From Sedimentisphaerales bacterium (GTDB lineage: Bacteria; Planctomycetota; Phycisphaerae; Sedimentisphaerales; SM23-30): 64,000 bases of DNA. The stretch covers positions 1-64,000 of the forward strand of contig CAXXMR010000002.1 in assembly GCA_963663805.2 (NCBI GenBank), written 5' to 3'. The notes below the pieces were generated by a model. That model searched no databases and was not told where the DNA came from. It saw only the letters and a program-made list of their open reading frames with translations. Of the stretch, positions 9,966-20,473 are shown in pieces (position 1 is the first letter of the stretch; each line of letters begins with the position of its first letter). A program made the position numbers and the translations under genes.

Positions 9966-11447
9966 ATGAACAGGCGTAATTTTCTGGCGTATTGCGGAAC
10001 TTTGGTGAGTCTGAACGCGATATCGAAACTCTCCTGGGCTTCGAGTCTGGCGGCCAATTCGGCGCGGAAAAACGTTCTTTTTATCGCGGTTGACGATTTG
10101 CGTACCGCTCTGGGTTGTTATGGTGACGCATCGGCAATTACTCCCAACATTGATAAACTGGCAGGCCGCGGGGTTTTGTTTCAATCGGCATATTGTCAGG
10201 TGGCGGTATGTAATCCGTCGCGTGCCTCGCTGCTTACCGGGGCGCGGCCTGACACAATCAAAGTCTGGGATTTGGAAGCGCATTTTCGAGGCAGTGTCCC
10301 TAGTATTGTTACACTGCCCCAGCACTTCAAGAATAATGGTTATGTAACCCGCAGTATTGGGAAAATATTTCATGAGGTGGGTCGGTCTGCGAAAGACCCT
10401 GTTTCGTGGTCGGTTCCGCCTTTGTATGACTGTATTACGAAACGGGATAACTATGTTCTGGCGGAGAATCGGACGGATAATCCCAAGAAGAAAATGAGTG
10501 CGGCGGAATGTGCCGATGTTCCTGATGATGCTTATGTTGATGGTAAAGTGTGTAATGACGCCATTACTGCTCTGGGGGAATATGCTAAATCTAAGACCGC
10601 GTTTTTCCTGGGAGTAGGCTTTCGCAAACCCCATTTGCCATTTAGTGCGCCTAAGAAATATTGGGACATGTACGGCGAAGGCAAAATACTGGCGGCGGAA
10701 TCGAGTGAGTTTCCGGCGGGTGCGCCGGAGTTGGCCCTGCGGAGTCCTCTGGAGCTGCAAGGTTATAAAGATGTTGAGGATGAAGATACTATTTCGGCAG
10801 AACAAACCAAGTATTTACGACATGCTTATTACGCTTGTGTGAGTTATACCGATGCGCTGGTCGGCAAGGTTATGGATGAGCTGGACCGATTGAAACTGTC
10901 TGATAACACGGTTGTGGTTTTGTGGGGCGACCATGGATTCCACCTTTCGGAGCAGGGGCTCTGGGCGAAGTCTCGTAATTATGAACTGGACACGCATGCA
11001 CCGCTGATAATTGTCGATGCCGGTCGGAAGGCGAATGGGAAAAAGTGTGAGGCGCTGGTGGAATTTGTGGATATTTATCCTACACTTACAGAAGTTTGCA
11101 ATCTGGATTCTCCCAAACATCTGGAAGGGCTGAGCATGGCTGCTCTGCTGGATGAGCCGAATCTGCTTTGGAAAAAAGCGGCGTTCAGCCAGTTTGCCCG
11201 TAATAAAACCAAAAGCCGTAATAAAAGTCACGGCGATATTATGGGCCGGGCGATCAGAACCAAACACTTCCGGTATGTTGAGTGGCGACAGTGGGATGAC
11301 AATAAACTTCTTGCGACCGAACTTTACGACCACCAGAGAGACAACCGGGAAATGTCTAACATCGCTGACAAAGCAGAGTACGCAAGGACCGTGCAGGAAT
11401 TGAGCGAACTGCTCCAAAAAGGCTGGCAGGGTGCCCTGCCGGAATAA
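9966..11447 (+). CDS. Sulfatase (iduronate-2-sulfatase-like) with Tat signal peptide
   Basis: MNRRNFL twin-arginine leader; NVLFIAVDDLR; CNPSRASLLTG formylglycine motif; GKIFH; WGDHG. Confidence 0.92.
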   Translation: MNRRNFLAYCGTLVSLNAISKLSWASSLAANSARKNVLFIAVDDLRTALGCYGDASAITPNIDKLAGRGVLFQSAYCQVAVCNPSRASLLTGARPDTIKVWDLEAHFRGSVPSIVTLPQHFKNNGYVTRSIGKIFHEVGRSAKDPVSWSVPPLYDCITKRDNYVLAENRTDNPKKKMSAAECADVPDDAYVDGKVCNDAITALGEYAKSKTAFFLGVGFRKPHLPFSAPKKYWDMYGEGKILAAESSEFPAGAPELALRSPLELQGYKDVEDEDTISAEQTKYLRHAYYACVSYTDALVGKVMDELDRLKLSDNTVVVLWGDHGFHLSEQGLWAKSRNYELDTHAPLIIVDAGRKANGKKCEALVEFVDIYPTLTEVCNLDSPKHLEGLSMAALLDEPNLLWKKAAFSQFARNKTKSRNKSHGDIMGRAIRTKHFRYVEWRQWDDNKLLATELYDHQRDNREMSNIADKAEYARTVQELSELLQKGWQGALPE

Positions 11448-11616
11448 AAATCAGTTACGCCGGGCCAATGGGAAGACTGTTTTGGGGTTGGCGAGCAAGT
11501 CGCAAAGGTAGATTTTTTTGAGTGAATTAGCCTGCTGGTTAAAATTTTTCGCAGTTTTCCTAACCCAGATAAACTGGAAACCCCAAGCACTAAATTCTAT
11601 CAGAAAAAAATATTTA

Positions 11617-11653
11617 GCCGCGGATTACACGGATTTCGCGGATTTTTAACGGC
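11617..11653 (+). repeat. Short dispersed repeat
   Basis: GCGGATTACACGGATTTCGCGGATTTTTAACGGC; CGCGGATTTTTAACGGC recurs inverted near 46812-46828. Confidence 0.5.
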
Positions 11654-12136
11654 AACTAATTTAATTATATACACGCGGTTCCGGGAATATTGTTGCCATT
11701 TTGCGTAAAATATTACTTGTAAGAGACTAATATTATATTTGGTAATATGGTGGTTTTCGCGGACCGACCAACGCATTAGCGAAAGATGGGGAGGGGGGCG
11801 ACAAAATTTCCTGAATCTCCGTAACTATTTATTATACAATGACTTACACGGTGTTCTTTTTAGATGGGTAACAACAGGGAATTTGAGGTAAGTCATGGAA
11901 GAAAAACGGTTTACGAAGGAGCAGTCGAAGGCGGCACTAGGATGAGTTGGCTGAGCGTATGGCAAATGCGGTCCATGAAGCTGAGTACGGATATATCTCA
12001 AAGTGAAAAGCGGGATGATCGGGGAGGAATTGTTAGAAGGTTGTTGTTTTTCAAGCCATTTCGGGGGGCTGGTCGATAGGCTTAGAGTCTGACTGAGGAA
12101 ATCTCGGTCGGAGTAACTCTAACCGGGAGCGAAGAC

Positions 12137-12904
12137 ATGGTTGACCTGAATGTGATAAAAGAATTGGCTGAACAGGTTCTGGCGATTCCTACTGTTAAGG
12201 GGATGCCGGACCGTTATCTGATAGACCGGGCGGCGCGGGTAATGCGTCATTGCGGCAGTATCGCTCAGTTGCGGGAGGTGCAGCGTTTCCAGATAGACCG
12301 CGACTGCCTGAATGTGGCGGCTCTGTTTCGGGATGCGGGTTTTGCTCGCTATGCTAATCAGGGTGATCGGGTCTCGCGGCTGGTGCTGGCGGACCTGACG
12401 GATTCGGATTTGCGTGATTTTTCGACGCAGGTCGTGCAGGAGCGGGTGGCTGATATATTGAATCCGCGTCAGATGGAGCGGGTTTGCAGTATTATTATCG
12501 AGTCGGGCCGGCGGGATACGAATCTTATCGAGGCGATGATTCTGTCGGATGCCCGGAATCTGGATGATATGGGGGCGACGGGTATTTTTAATGAATGCCG
12601 TCGGTACGTGATTCATGGCCGGGGGGTGAGCGAGGCTTTGAGCAGCTGGAAACGCAAGATTGAATATGATTACTGGCAGGCTCGTTTGCGGGAGAGTTTC
12701 CGGTTTGACGCGGTGCGTGAGATTGCGCGGGCGCGACTGGAGACGGCTCTGAAATTCATGGAGATGCTGGAGATGGAAAACCGGGCTGGCGATCTGGAAG
12801 AGATGCTGATGCAGCAACAGTTCAGCGGTGAGACGGTTAAGGTCGGGCAGGTTGGTTCGGTGGATAAGGCTGGCAGGCTTAGTCGTAGTCCGGTCAATAT
12901 TTAA
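12137..12904 (+). CDS. HD-domain-like protein (degenerate HD motif)
   Basis: AALFRDAG and EAMILSDARNLDDMGATG resemble HD-superfamily motifs, but the catalytic His is replaced. Confidence 0.6.
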   Translation: MVDLNVIKELAEQVLAIPTVKGMPDRYLIDRAARVMRHCGSIAQLREVQRFQIDRDCLNVAALFRDAGFARYANQGDRVSRLVLADLTDSDLRDFSTQVVQERVADILNPRQMERVCSIIIESGRRDTNLIEAMILSDARNLDDMGATGIFNECRRYVIHGRGVSEALSSWKRKIEYDYWQARLRESFRFDAVREIARARLETALKFMEMLEMENRAGDLEEMLMQQQFSGETVKVGQVGSVDKAGRLSRSPVNI

Positions 12905-12908
12905 CGGC

Positions 12909-12954
12909 AGGCATAAGGCATAAGGCAAGAGGCACAAGGCATAAGTGAACGGCG
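12909..12954 (+). repeat. 7-bp tandem repeat (AGGCATA-like)
   Basis: AGGCATAAGGCATAAGGCAAGAGGCACAAGGCATAAGTGAACGGCG; related to sequence near 14260-14284. Confidence 0.6.
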
Positions 12955-13038
12955 TGGTGCCTGCCTTCGGCGGGATTTTTTTGTTTTAACGGCACCGCTT
13001 ACTTGCGTGTGCGGCTCGGATAGTTTGTTTGGGTTAAT

Positions 13039-14274
13039 GTGGCAAATGGATTTATAGTTCGGGCGGGGTGGGTTTATGGAGCTGGCCGGGGGGTGATTAG
13101 AGAGGGGGCGGTGGGGGTTGAATCTTCGGTTATTACGGCGGTGGGGGAATTTTCGGATTTGCGGCGGCGGTTTGCCGGTGCGGGAATTATTGAGCTGCCG
13201 GATTGTGTCCTCCTGCCGGGGTTGGTGAATGCTCATGGTCATTTAGAGCTTGCGGATTTGCGGGGTGAGGTTGGTTATGAAGGGGATTTTACGGACTGGG
13301 TGCGGCGGCTGGTGCAGCTGCGGGGACGGAAGCGGGGTGATTTGGCAAAGACGGTGGCGGCAGGGGTGCGGGAGTCGCTGAGCTATGGGGTGACGACGGT
13401 GGGGGATATTTCTTATGAGCATCAGGCGTGGAGTTTTTTGGCGAAAGAGCGGATTCGCAAAGTTTGTTTCGCCGAGGTGTTCGCTACGACGGCTGATTTG
13501 GCCGGGCCGGGCGAGTATTTGCGGCGGTGTATCGCCAAGACCGAAGGTGACGAGCTTTTGCGGTTGGGGCTTTCGCCGCACGCCCCATATTCTACGCGGG
13601 GTGAGGTTTATGAACTGACAGCAGCGCTGGCGGCGGAACATGGGCTAATCGTTACGAGTCATTTGGCTGAAGATAAAGGTGAGTTTGATTTTTTGCGGGA
13701 TGGTTCGGGCGAGTGGGTTGGTTTTTTGCGGGAGCGGGGCAGGTGGGATGGTTCGTTTGCGTTTCCGGGTGAGCGGCCTGTGGAATATTTTCTGGGTTTG
13801 GATTTGCGGGGGCAGCGGTTTCTTTTGGCGCATGTTAATTATGCTAATGAGCAGGAAATCGCGGGACTGGCGCAGGCGGGGCATAGTGTGGTTTATTGTC
13901 CGCGTTCACATGATTTTTTTGGGCATCAGCGGCATCCGCTAATGGAGATGCTGGGGGCGGGGGTTAATGTTTGTTTAGGGACAGACAGTCTGGCCAGTAA
14001 TGATTCGCTGAGTATGTTGGCGGAGATGAAGCTGGTGTATGAGCAGTTTCCGGGACTGTCACCGGAGCGGATTATTGATATGGCAACGCGGGGCGGGGCG
14101 CTGGGACTTGGCTTACAGAATGAGATTGGGGTGTTGAAGGCAGGGTATAAGGCGGATCTGGTTGCTTTGCGAGTGGCGGGGGATGAGGTTTTGCGAGAGG
14201 TTGTGGGTGGGGAGTGTGAATGTGCGTTGACGATGGTTGATGGTGAGGTGGTTTATATCAGGCAAGAGGCATGA
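13039..14274 (+). CDS. Amidohydrolase-family deaminase (possibly aminodeoxyfutalosine deaminase)
   Basis: PGLVNAHGHLE, SPHAPYS, SHLAE and LGTDSLASN metal-binding motifs. Confidence 0.85.
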   Translation: MANGFIVRAGWVYGAGRGVIREGAVGVESSVITAVGEFSDLRRRFAGAGIIELPDCVLLPGLVNAHGHLELADLRGEVGYEGDFTDWVRRLVQLRGRKRGDLAKTVAAGVRESLSYGVTTVGDISYEHQAWSFLAKERIRKVCFAEVFATTADLAGPGEYLRRCIAKTEGDELLRLGLSPHAPYSTRGEVYELTAALAAEHGLIVTSHLAEDKGEFDFLRDGSGEWVGFLRERGRWDGSFAFPGERPVEYFLGLDLRGQRFLLAHVNYANEQEIAGLAQAGHSVVYCPRSHDFFGHQRHPLMEMLGAGVNVCLGTDSLASNDSLSMLAEMKLVYEQFPGLSPERIIDMATRGGALGLGLQNEIGVLKAGYKADLVALRVAGDEVLREVVGGECECALTMVDGEVVYIRQEA

Positions 14275-14322
14275 GTGAACGGCGAGGTTTCGGCCTTTGG
14301 CCGAGGTGCGTATCGCACTGAT

Positions 14323-14412
14323 AGATCGCCGCGAGCGTTTGGCGTATTTGGCGCTTCCGTTGGTCGCTTACGTGGCTGGCAAGTAACTTAACGGCGTGGT
14401 TTGATCTTTGGT
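14323..14412 (+). repeat. REP-like dispersed repeat, copy 1
   Basis: AGATCGCCGCGAGCGTTTGGCGTATTTG..TGGTCGCTT..TGGCTGGCAAG..AACGGCGTGGTTT; near-identical inverted copy at 46687-46782. Confidence 0.75.
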
Positions 14413-14421
14413 CGAATCATT

Positions 14422-15249
14422 TTATTTTTGGTTGGGAGTCAGGGTTTCGTCGGCGGAGCCGCTGCGGAAGCCCTGGAGGTCGAGGGTTATGTAGGTGAAG
14501 CCGAGTTCTTTGAGGGTGGGAATGATTTTTTCACGCAGTTTGATAATTTCGTTTAGTTTTTCGGCGGGAACTTCGATGCGGGCGGTTTGGCCATGATGTC
14601 TGAGGCGGGATTCGGGGAAGTCCAGGCTGTTGAGAAGGGTTTCGGCTTGTTCTATTTGTTGGAGTTTTTCGGGGGTGATGGTTTGGCCGTAAGGTATGCG
14701 GGTGGCCAGACAGGGTTGGGCGGGTTTGTCCCAGGTGTTCAGGTTTAGATGTTTGCTGAGTTGGCGGATGTTGTTTTTGGTTAGGCCTGCCTTTTGGAGG
14801 GGGCTGATGATATGGTATTCTTTTACGGCCTGGAGGCCCGGGCGGTAGTCGTGGATGTCGTCGGCGTTGTCGCCGCAGAGTATCGCTTCGTAATGTTTGG
14901 CTTGGGCGAGCGAGGTTAGTATATCGAAGATTTTGCATTTGCAATGGTAGCAGCGTTGGGGGGTATTGGCCTGGTAATTGGGGTCGTCAATTTCATGCGG
15001 GAAGATTATTTCCTGTTTGCTGCCCAGTTGGGTGGAGATTTCGATGGCCTGGTCGAACTGGAATTTGGGCATTGATTCACTTTGGGCGGTGACGGCGAGT
15101 ACGTTTTTGGGGCCGAGGGTGTCGAGGGCGATTTTGAGCAGTAAAGTGCTGTCCACACCGCCGGAAAAGGCTACGATGGCATTATTCAGGGGTTTGATAA
15201 TCTTCTGGACATTATCGTAAAGCTGTTGGGGTGAGGCTTTGGAAGTCAT
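14422..15249 (-). CDS. larE: LarE-family ATP-dependent sacrificial sulfur transferase
   Basis: AFSGGVDS PP-loop, RCYHCK, DYRPG, PCLATRIPYG, DLQGFRSGS. Confidence 0.9.
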   Translation of the reverse strand: MTSKASPQQLYDNVQKIIKPLNNAIVAFSGGVDSTLLLKIALDTLGPKNVLAVTAQSESMPKFQFDQAIEISTQLGSKQEIIFPHEIDDPNYQANTPQRCYHCKCKIFDILTSLAQAKHYEAILCGDNADDIHDYRPGLQAVKEYHIISPLQKAGLTKNNIRQLSKHLNLNTWDKPAQPCLATRIPYGQTITPEKLQQIEQAETLLNSLDFPESRLRHHGQTARIEVPAEKLNEIIKLREKIIPTLKELGFTYITLDLQGFRSGSADETLTPNQK

Positions 15250-15474
15250 TATTATATAAGCTCTTGTGTGTTGATAGGTAGTTTTTTTAGATATTATGGG
15301 CTGTTGCCCAAATGTCAAATAATGCCAAAAATAACGTCAGCCAGCCCCTTGCTTTGCAAGAAGCTGCCACCCTATCGCGCAGGTGGCTTTTGTATTATAT
15401 CGGCGATGGGTGGCTGGGGCAATTCAGAGTGTTTGGGTTGACTTTTGGGTCTTACCAACTATCATTGGGATAGG

Positions 15475-16254
15475 ATGTTAAATACTACCGAGACAAAAGG
15501 AACTGTTTTACTGGCGATTCCGGCTTATAATGAGTCGGCAAATCTGTCGGGGGTTTTGGATTCGGTTCTGAAATATGTAGATGACGTGCTGGTTATCGAT
15601 GACGGCAGTACGGACGGGACCAAGGAGATTTTGGCGGGCCGGCGGGATGTTTTTGTCATAACCAGAGAGATAAACAGAGGTTATGGTCAGGCGATTATTG
15701 ATGCGCTGGGGTTTGCCAGCGGGCATGGTTTTGAGTGGGTTATAACCATGGACTGCGATTTGCAGCATGAGCCTCAGCGGATACCGGCTTTTTTTGAGGC
15801 TATCAGGCGGGGTGACAGTGATATTATCAGCGGGTCTCGGTATATGGCTGAGTCTGAGAAGTCGGACGTACCACCCAAGGACCGGCGGTGGATAAATCAG
15901 ATGATAACGAAACAGCTGAATGGTCTGTTTGATTTGGGGATTACGGATGCTTTTTGCGGTTTTAAGGCGTATCGGGTGGGGGCGGTTGAGGGGCTGAAGC
16001 TGACGGAGCCGGGTTACGCGATACCTTTGGAGTTTTGGGTTGAGGTTGCCCGGCGGGGGCTGAAGGTGCGGGAGATACCGGTGAGTTTGATATATAATGA
16101 CCCGAACCGACATTTTGGGGGCGAGCTGGATGACCCTCAGCATCGCTTGGGGCATTATCGCGAGGTTCTGGAGCGTTCCTTGTCGCGGGCGGGATTTTCG
16201 GGTATATCTAGGGTGGCCTCCTGCGACTGCTGTGCTCGTAAATGCGGGTCTTAA
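15475..16254 (+). CDS. Glycosyltransferase family 2 (DPM1-like)
   Basis: IPAYNE, IDDGSTD, NRGYG, MDCDLQH, DAFCGFKAY. Confidence 0.9.
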   Translation: MLNTTETKGTVLLAIPAYNESANLSGVLDSVLKYVDDVLVIDDGSTDGTKEILAGRRDVFVITREINRGYGQAIIDALGFASGHGFEWVITMDCDLQHEPQRIPAFFEAIRRGDSDIISGSRYMAESEKSDVPPKDRRWINQMITKQLNGLFDLGITDAFCGFKAYRVGAVEGLKLTEPGYAIPLEFWVEVARRGLKVREIPVSLIYNDPNRHFGGELDDPQHRLGHYREVLERSLSRAGFSGISRVASCDCCARKCGS

Positions 16255-16293
16255 GCCCGGCTGGTGCGGGCAGGGGGCTTTAGAATATTTATT

Positions 16294-17796
16294 ATGGACA
16301 AAGACAATATTTCAGTCGGACTTTCTATGCCTACAGGACCGAGGGAGGTGCTGGTCTGGCCTGAAATCGGGCGGATAATTGAAGATGTGGAGTTGAATCG
16401 TTCTTTGCTGAATGATAGTTCGGCGGAGATTGGCGGGTATAGACTTGGCGAATTACGGCGGTCGGTTCGGCGGGAGCTGCTGGGCCGGGCGGGGGAATAT
16501 ACCAGGGGGCTGGGGTTTGAGGCAGGGGAAATTCCTGAAGCTGGGCCTCTGATAGTTACAGGCCATCAGTGCCAGTTCAATCACGCGGGGATTTTTATAA
16601 AGTACGCACTATTGGATTATCTGGCGGGCCGGACGGGGGGAGTTGCTTTGAATATCGTGGTTGACAGCGATTTGCCGAAGAATATTGATTTTCGGGTTCC
16701 GGTTGAGAAGGCTGATGGGGCAGCGGTGAGGTTGTGGAGGATGGGTGGTGTTGACGGGTCGGTGCCGATGGAGTTTCAGGCGGTGCCGGGCGAGGAGTTC
16801 TGGGCGGCGGTGGAAAAAGAGGCGGGGGGATTGCGGCCTATCGTGGATTCGGGGAAGGTGCGGGAGGTTTTGGGGGAGGCCAGGGAGTGTTCCGCGCGGG
16901 CGGGCAATCTGGCGGAGATGTTTACGCTATTGAATCATCGTTTAGCAGGGCGGTTGGGTTTGAGGTGGCTGGAGCTGCCGGTTTCGCGGTTGTGCGACAG
17001 TGAAGGATTCGGAGTTTTCGCGGCGGATATGGCGGGTCGGGCGGCGGAGGCGGTCCGGTGTTATAATGGGGCTTTGGCGGAATATCGGGGGCGAAATGGG
17101 ATATCGGGGCGGTCTCGGCCTATGCCGGATTTGCGGGTTGCGGGCGATAGATTTGAACTTCCATTTTGGAAAGTTGGGCGGGGTAAGAGACGCGAAGGGG
17201 TGTTTGCAGATGATATGGATGGTTCATTGCGGCCTCGTGCGGTCGGTCTGACGGCATTTTTGCGGTTATTTTTGGCAGATTATTTTATTCACGGAATCGG
17301 CGGGGCGCGGTACGATGAAGTGACGGACAGTTTTGTTTCAGAGTTTTATGGTGTCCGGGCACCCCGATTTGGGTGTGTTTCGGCGACTTTGTATCCAGCG
17401 GGCGGGGAGGGTTTGGATGCGGCGCGGCTGGCAGAGCAGTTGCGGCAGTTGGAGCGGATGCGGCGTGATGTGGTTTATAATCCGCAGAGGTATCTTGGGA
17501 CGGGAAATTCGGGAGGGGCGGCGGAATTGACGGCTAGACGTGAGGCGGCTGTCAGGAAAAATGAGCAGTTGAAAGCCGGCGGCAGTGCTGAAGAAAGACG
17601 AGCGGTGTTTGAGGAGATAAGGGAAGTTAATCGGCAATTAAAAGAGATTGTCGCTAACGCCGGACGTGAGATAGATGAAAAAATTGAGCGGCTGAAATGT
17701 CGTACGAAGCTTGAAGAGATTTGGCGCGACCGCGAATATTATTTTGGTTTGTTTGGTAATGATGTTTTGCGGACGCTGGTAGATAAAATTGTGTGA
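16294..17796 (+). CDS. Conserved hypothetical protein, possibly BshC-like
   Basis: LIVTGHQ..HAGIFIK, VVDSD, FIHGIGGARYD and a C-terminal coiled coil. Confidence 0.6.
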   Translation: MDKDNISVGLSMPTGPREVLVWPEIGRIIEDVELNRSLLNDSSAEIGGYRLGELRRSVRRELLGRAGEYTRGLGFEAGEIPEAGPLIVTGHQCQFNHAGIFIKYALLDYLAGRTGGVALNIVVDSDLPKNIDFRVPVEKADGAAVRLWRMGGVDGSVPMEFQAVPGEEFWAAVEKEAGGLRPIVDSGKVREVLGEARECSARAGNLAEMFTLLNHRLAGRLGLRWLELPVSRLCDSEGFGVFAADMAGRAAEAVRCYNGALAEYRGRNGISGRSRPMPDLRVAGDRFELPFWKVGRGKRREGVFADDMDGSLRPRAVGLTAFLRLFLADYFIHGIGGARYDEVTDSFVSEFYGVRAPRFGCVSATLYPAGGEGLDAARLAEQLRQLERMRRDVVYNPQRYLGTGNSGGAAELTARREAAVRKNEQLKAGGSAEERRAVFEEIREVNRQLKEIVANAGREIDEKIERLKCRTKLEEIWRDREYYFGLFGNDVLRTLVDKIV

Positions 17797-17887
17797 TAGC
17801 CGGGTGTATTATTATTATTATTTTCTATTTGTTTTTTTGAGTCCGGCAGATAATTTAACATTTTTATTTTTTAACAGGAGCATAGAT

Positions 17888-18952
17888 ATGGTTATCTGGT
17901 TGATACGTGCGATATTTATTGTGCTTATCTTTTCTCTGTTGTTGATGGGCTTTACCGAAGGCGGCGCGTTTTATTTTCAGGAGACGAACACTTTTACGGT
18001 TCATCGTACGATGGCGTATGTTGGTTGTGCGGGGGTTATCTTTCTGGGGCTGGGGATTGATATTCTGGTCAAGCGTAAGAATCTGGCGGGGATGGTAGTG
18101 ATTTTCTTTGGGATTGCTGTGGGGATGCTGATAGGGCTGGTATTGAATCATGTGCTGGACTTTCTTTTTGTGGTTTATAATGTTCAGGAAGGTACGGATT
18201 TCTTTCAGGCCAAGGGCGGGATTAAATGGATTATCAACGTTTTGTGCTGTTACCTGTCCATAGTTTTTATTATGCAGACGAAAGATGATTTTCGTTTTAT
18301 CATTCCCTACGTGGAGTTCAGCAAGCAGACCAAGAATACGTGTCCTTTGATTCTGGACACTTCGGTGATTATTGACGGTCGTGTCGCTGACATCGCGGCG
18401 ACGGGTGTTCTGGATGCTCCACTGTTGATACCGCGTTTTGTTTTGAATGAGTTGCAAAAGATAGCGGATTCTTCGGACCGCATTCGGCGGGTACGCGGTC
18501 GGCGGGGTCTGGATATTTTGAATAAGATGCAGACGGACGGCAAGTATGATCTTAGTATCGAAGATGTCAGTTTGACTTTGGCCGAGCAGAAAGAGCCGGT
18601 TGACCATCAGTTGGTAGCGTCGGCGTTGAAACTCAAGGGCAAACTGATAACGAATGATTATAATCTTAATAAGGTCGCGAGTTTGCGGGGGGTGCAGGTG
18701 ATAAATATAAATGAACTGGCCAACGCCTTGAAGCCGGTGCGGCTGCCGGGCGAGAATATGATTGTCAAGCTGGTCAAGCCGGGTGACCAGCCGGGCCAGG
18801 GGGTGGGCTACATGGACGACGGCACGATGGTGGTCGTTGAAGAAGGCCGAAAGCATGTCGGTCAGGAAGTTGAAGTTATCGTGACTTCGTCGCTACAAAC
18901 TTCGGCGGGCCGGATGATATTCGGTAAGGTTTGTGAGGAAGATGTTATTTGA
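17888..18952 (+). CDS. PIN/TRAM-domain membrane protein (YacL-like)
   Basis: N-terminal TM helices; LDTSVIIDGR, RGRRGLDIL, TNDYNLNKVA, GVGYMDDGTMVVVE, QTSAGRMIF. Confidence 0.92.
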   Translation: MVIWLIRAIFIVLIFSLLLMGFTEGGAFYFQETNTFTVHRTMAYVGCAGVIFLGLGIDILVKRKNLAGMVVIFFGIAVGMLIGLVLNHVLDFLFVVYNVQEGTDFFQAKGGIKWIINVLCCYLSIVFIMQTKDDFRFIIPYVEFSKQTKNTCPLILDTSVIIDGRVADIAATGVLDAPLLIPRFVLNELQKIADSSDRIRRVRGRRGLDILNKMQTDGKYDLSIEDVSLTLAEQKEPVDHQLVASALKLKGKLITNDYNLNKVASLRGVQVININELANALKPVRLPGENMIVKLVKPGDQPGQGVGYMDDGTMVVVEEGRKHVGQEVEVIVTSSLQTSAGRMIFGKVCEEDVI

Positions 18953-20473
18953 TTAGTGGATAAATCTCATTTCGCCGAAATTGGGGACAATCGCAATGGG
19001 CATTTTGTTGGTGATTCGGTATCCGGCGGGCCAGTAGACGAAGAGGGCTCGGCCGATGAGGTTGTTACGTGGTACAATTCCGGTTCGGTAGGGCATGCCG
19101 AAATTATTTTTTCCAGGGGCTGCCCATAGTCTGGAGTCGTAGCTTTCGGGGCTGTTGTCGCCGCAGACAAAGAATTCGTCTTTGTCGAGCGTGAACGGTA
19201 GTCCTTCGGTTCCGCGTTTGGTATTTGAGCCGCTGTAGTTGGTGTAGTAGATGTCGCGATAGAGGCCCAGTTGTTTGAATGAGCAGGGTGCGCCCTGAGC
19301 GGTCAGGGTAACTGTGGGGGGTATTTGAGTTAGAGGTTGATAGCCCCACTGGTCGGGGTCGTTGGGGCCTTGCCAGGTTAGGCGGTTATCATCGATGTCG
19401 AGTTTGATTTGATGGTCGAGGATGGCGAAGGCGATTTGTACGGGTTTATGGGGTTGGAATGGTTCGAGTTTTTGCTGGGCGAGAATCTGTTGGTCCTGGT
19501 CGAGTATTTTGCATTGGCCGTCGGGTGATATTTGGGCAAGGTAAGTTTTGCCGTATTTTCCGAGTTCGATATTAATGGCTGTACCGTCCTGCTGGGGGAC
19601 GATGACAAACTGGAGTTTCAGGTCGCTGATGAAGGGCATACGATTGGCGTGCAGGCCGTTGTAGGCGGCAAAGCTGCGGAGCAGTGGTATCAGGCGGTCG
19701 GGGTTGAAGGTTAGCGTGTTGGGGGTTGGGGAGCCGTTGAAGTCGAAAACGCGTTGGGTTTGGTCGATGTTCCAGTTTGAAGATTCGGCGGCGGGGTTGA
19801 ATGGTTGGGTCCAGCGGTCGGAGACGAAGCGTTCCTCAGGCTGAAAGTCGTTCAGGAAGACGGGTATCCAGAGTACCTCCTGGATATGTTGGGGTTTGGT
19901 CTGGATGGTTCCATCAATGTAAATGTCGCCGTCGATGATTTCGATGGTTTCTTCGGGCAGGGCCACTAGTCTTTTGATGTAGTTTTCCTGGGGCTGGGAG
20001 GGGTTCTTGAAGACTATGACATCCCATCTTTTGGGGTCCTGGAACTGATAGAAGAATTTATAGACCAGGATTCGGTCGCCGTTGTTGACATATTGGTTGT
20101 ATTCCTTGAGGGCGGGGGTGCCGCACATGGGGCAAACTGGTTCGCCGGAGTGGGTTCTGATGCGTGAAGGGTATACGCTAATAGGCCAGTTGGGAATTTG
20201 GCCTTTGTCGAAAGTGCTTTGAGAGCTTCTGGGATTGATGAAATAACAGTCGTTTTTGAAGCCGTAGTTGTACTCATATCCGCAGGCGGGGCAGGTAAGC
20301 CCAAAATGGGCGCCACGGAGGGTGTCTGCCATTGAACCGGTGGGGATTACGAATGCTTCGGCGACGAAAGCTCGGAAGACGAAGGCCAATATGAAGGCCA
20401 TTACGAGCGCTTCGATGGTGTCTTTGAAAGATTCGAGTGCGGTTTTTCTGGGCGGGGTGGATGATTGAGGCAT
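18953..20473 (-). CDS. lepB: Signal peptidase I
   Basis: AFVIPTGSMADTL (Ser), NYIKRLV (Lys), GDNSPESYDSR; insertion containing CPACG and CPMCG. Confidence 0.92.
   Translation of the reverse strand: MPQSSTPPRKTALESFKDTIEALVMAFILAFVFRAFVAEAFVIPTGSMADTLRGAHFGLTCPACGYEYNYGFKNDCYFINPRSSQSTFDKGQIPNWPISVYPSRIRTHSGEPVCPMCGTPALKEYNQYVNNGDRILVYKFFYQFQDPKRWDVIVFKNPSQPQENYIKRLVALPEETIEIIDGDIYIDGTIQTKPQHIQEVLWIPVFLNDFQPEERFVSDRWTQPFNPAAESSNWNIDQTQRVFDFNGSPTPNTLTFNPDRLIPLLRSFAAYNGLHANRMPFISDLKLQFVIVPQQDGTAINIELGKYGKTYLAQISPDGQCKILDQDQQILAQQKLEPFQPHKPVQIAFAILDHQIKLDIDDNRLTWQGPNDPDQWGYQPLTQIPPTVTLTAQGAPCSFKQLGLYRDIYYTNYSGSNTKRGTEGLPFTLDKDEFFVCGDNSPESYDSRLWAAPGKNNFGMPYRTGIVPRNNLIGRALFVYWPAGYRITNKMPIAIVPNFGEMRFIH

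Noticed and set aside
11820..11850. Recurrent GTAAG/GTAAC...ACTTAC motifs in intergenic DNA (also near 4-90, 22918 and 51743)
   Set aside because: They are short and degenerate. They may be nucleoid-protein sites, but this cannot be supported without statistics.
13039..14274. A futalosine menaquinone operon linking this amidohydrolase with mqnE
   Set aside because: The two genes are about 38 kb apart and the deaminase specificity is uncertain; this is an ordinary dispersed pathway at best.
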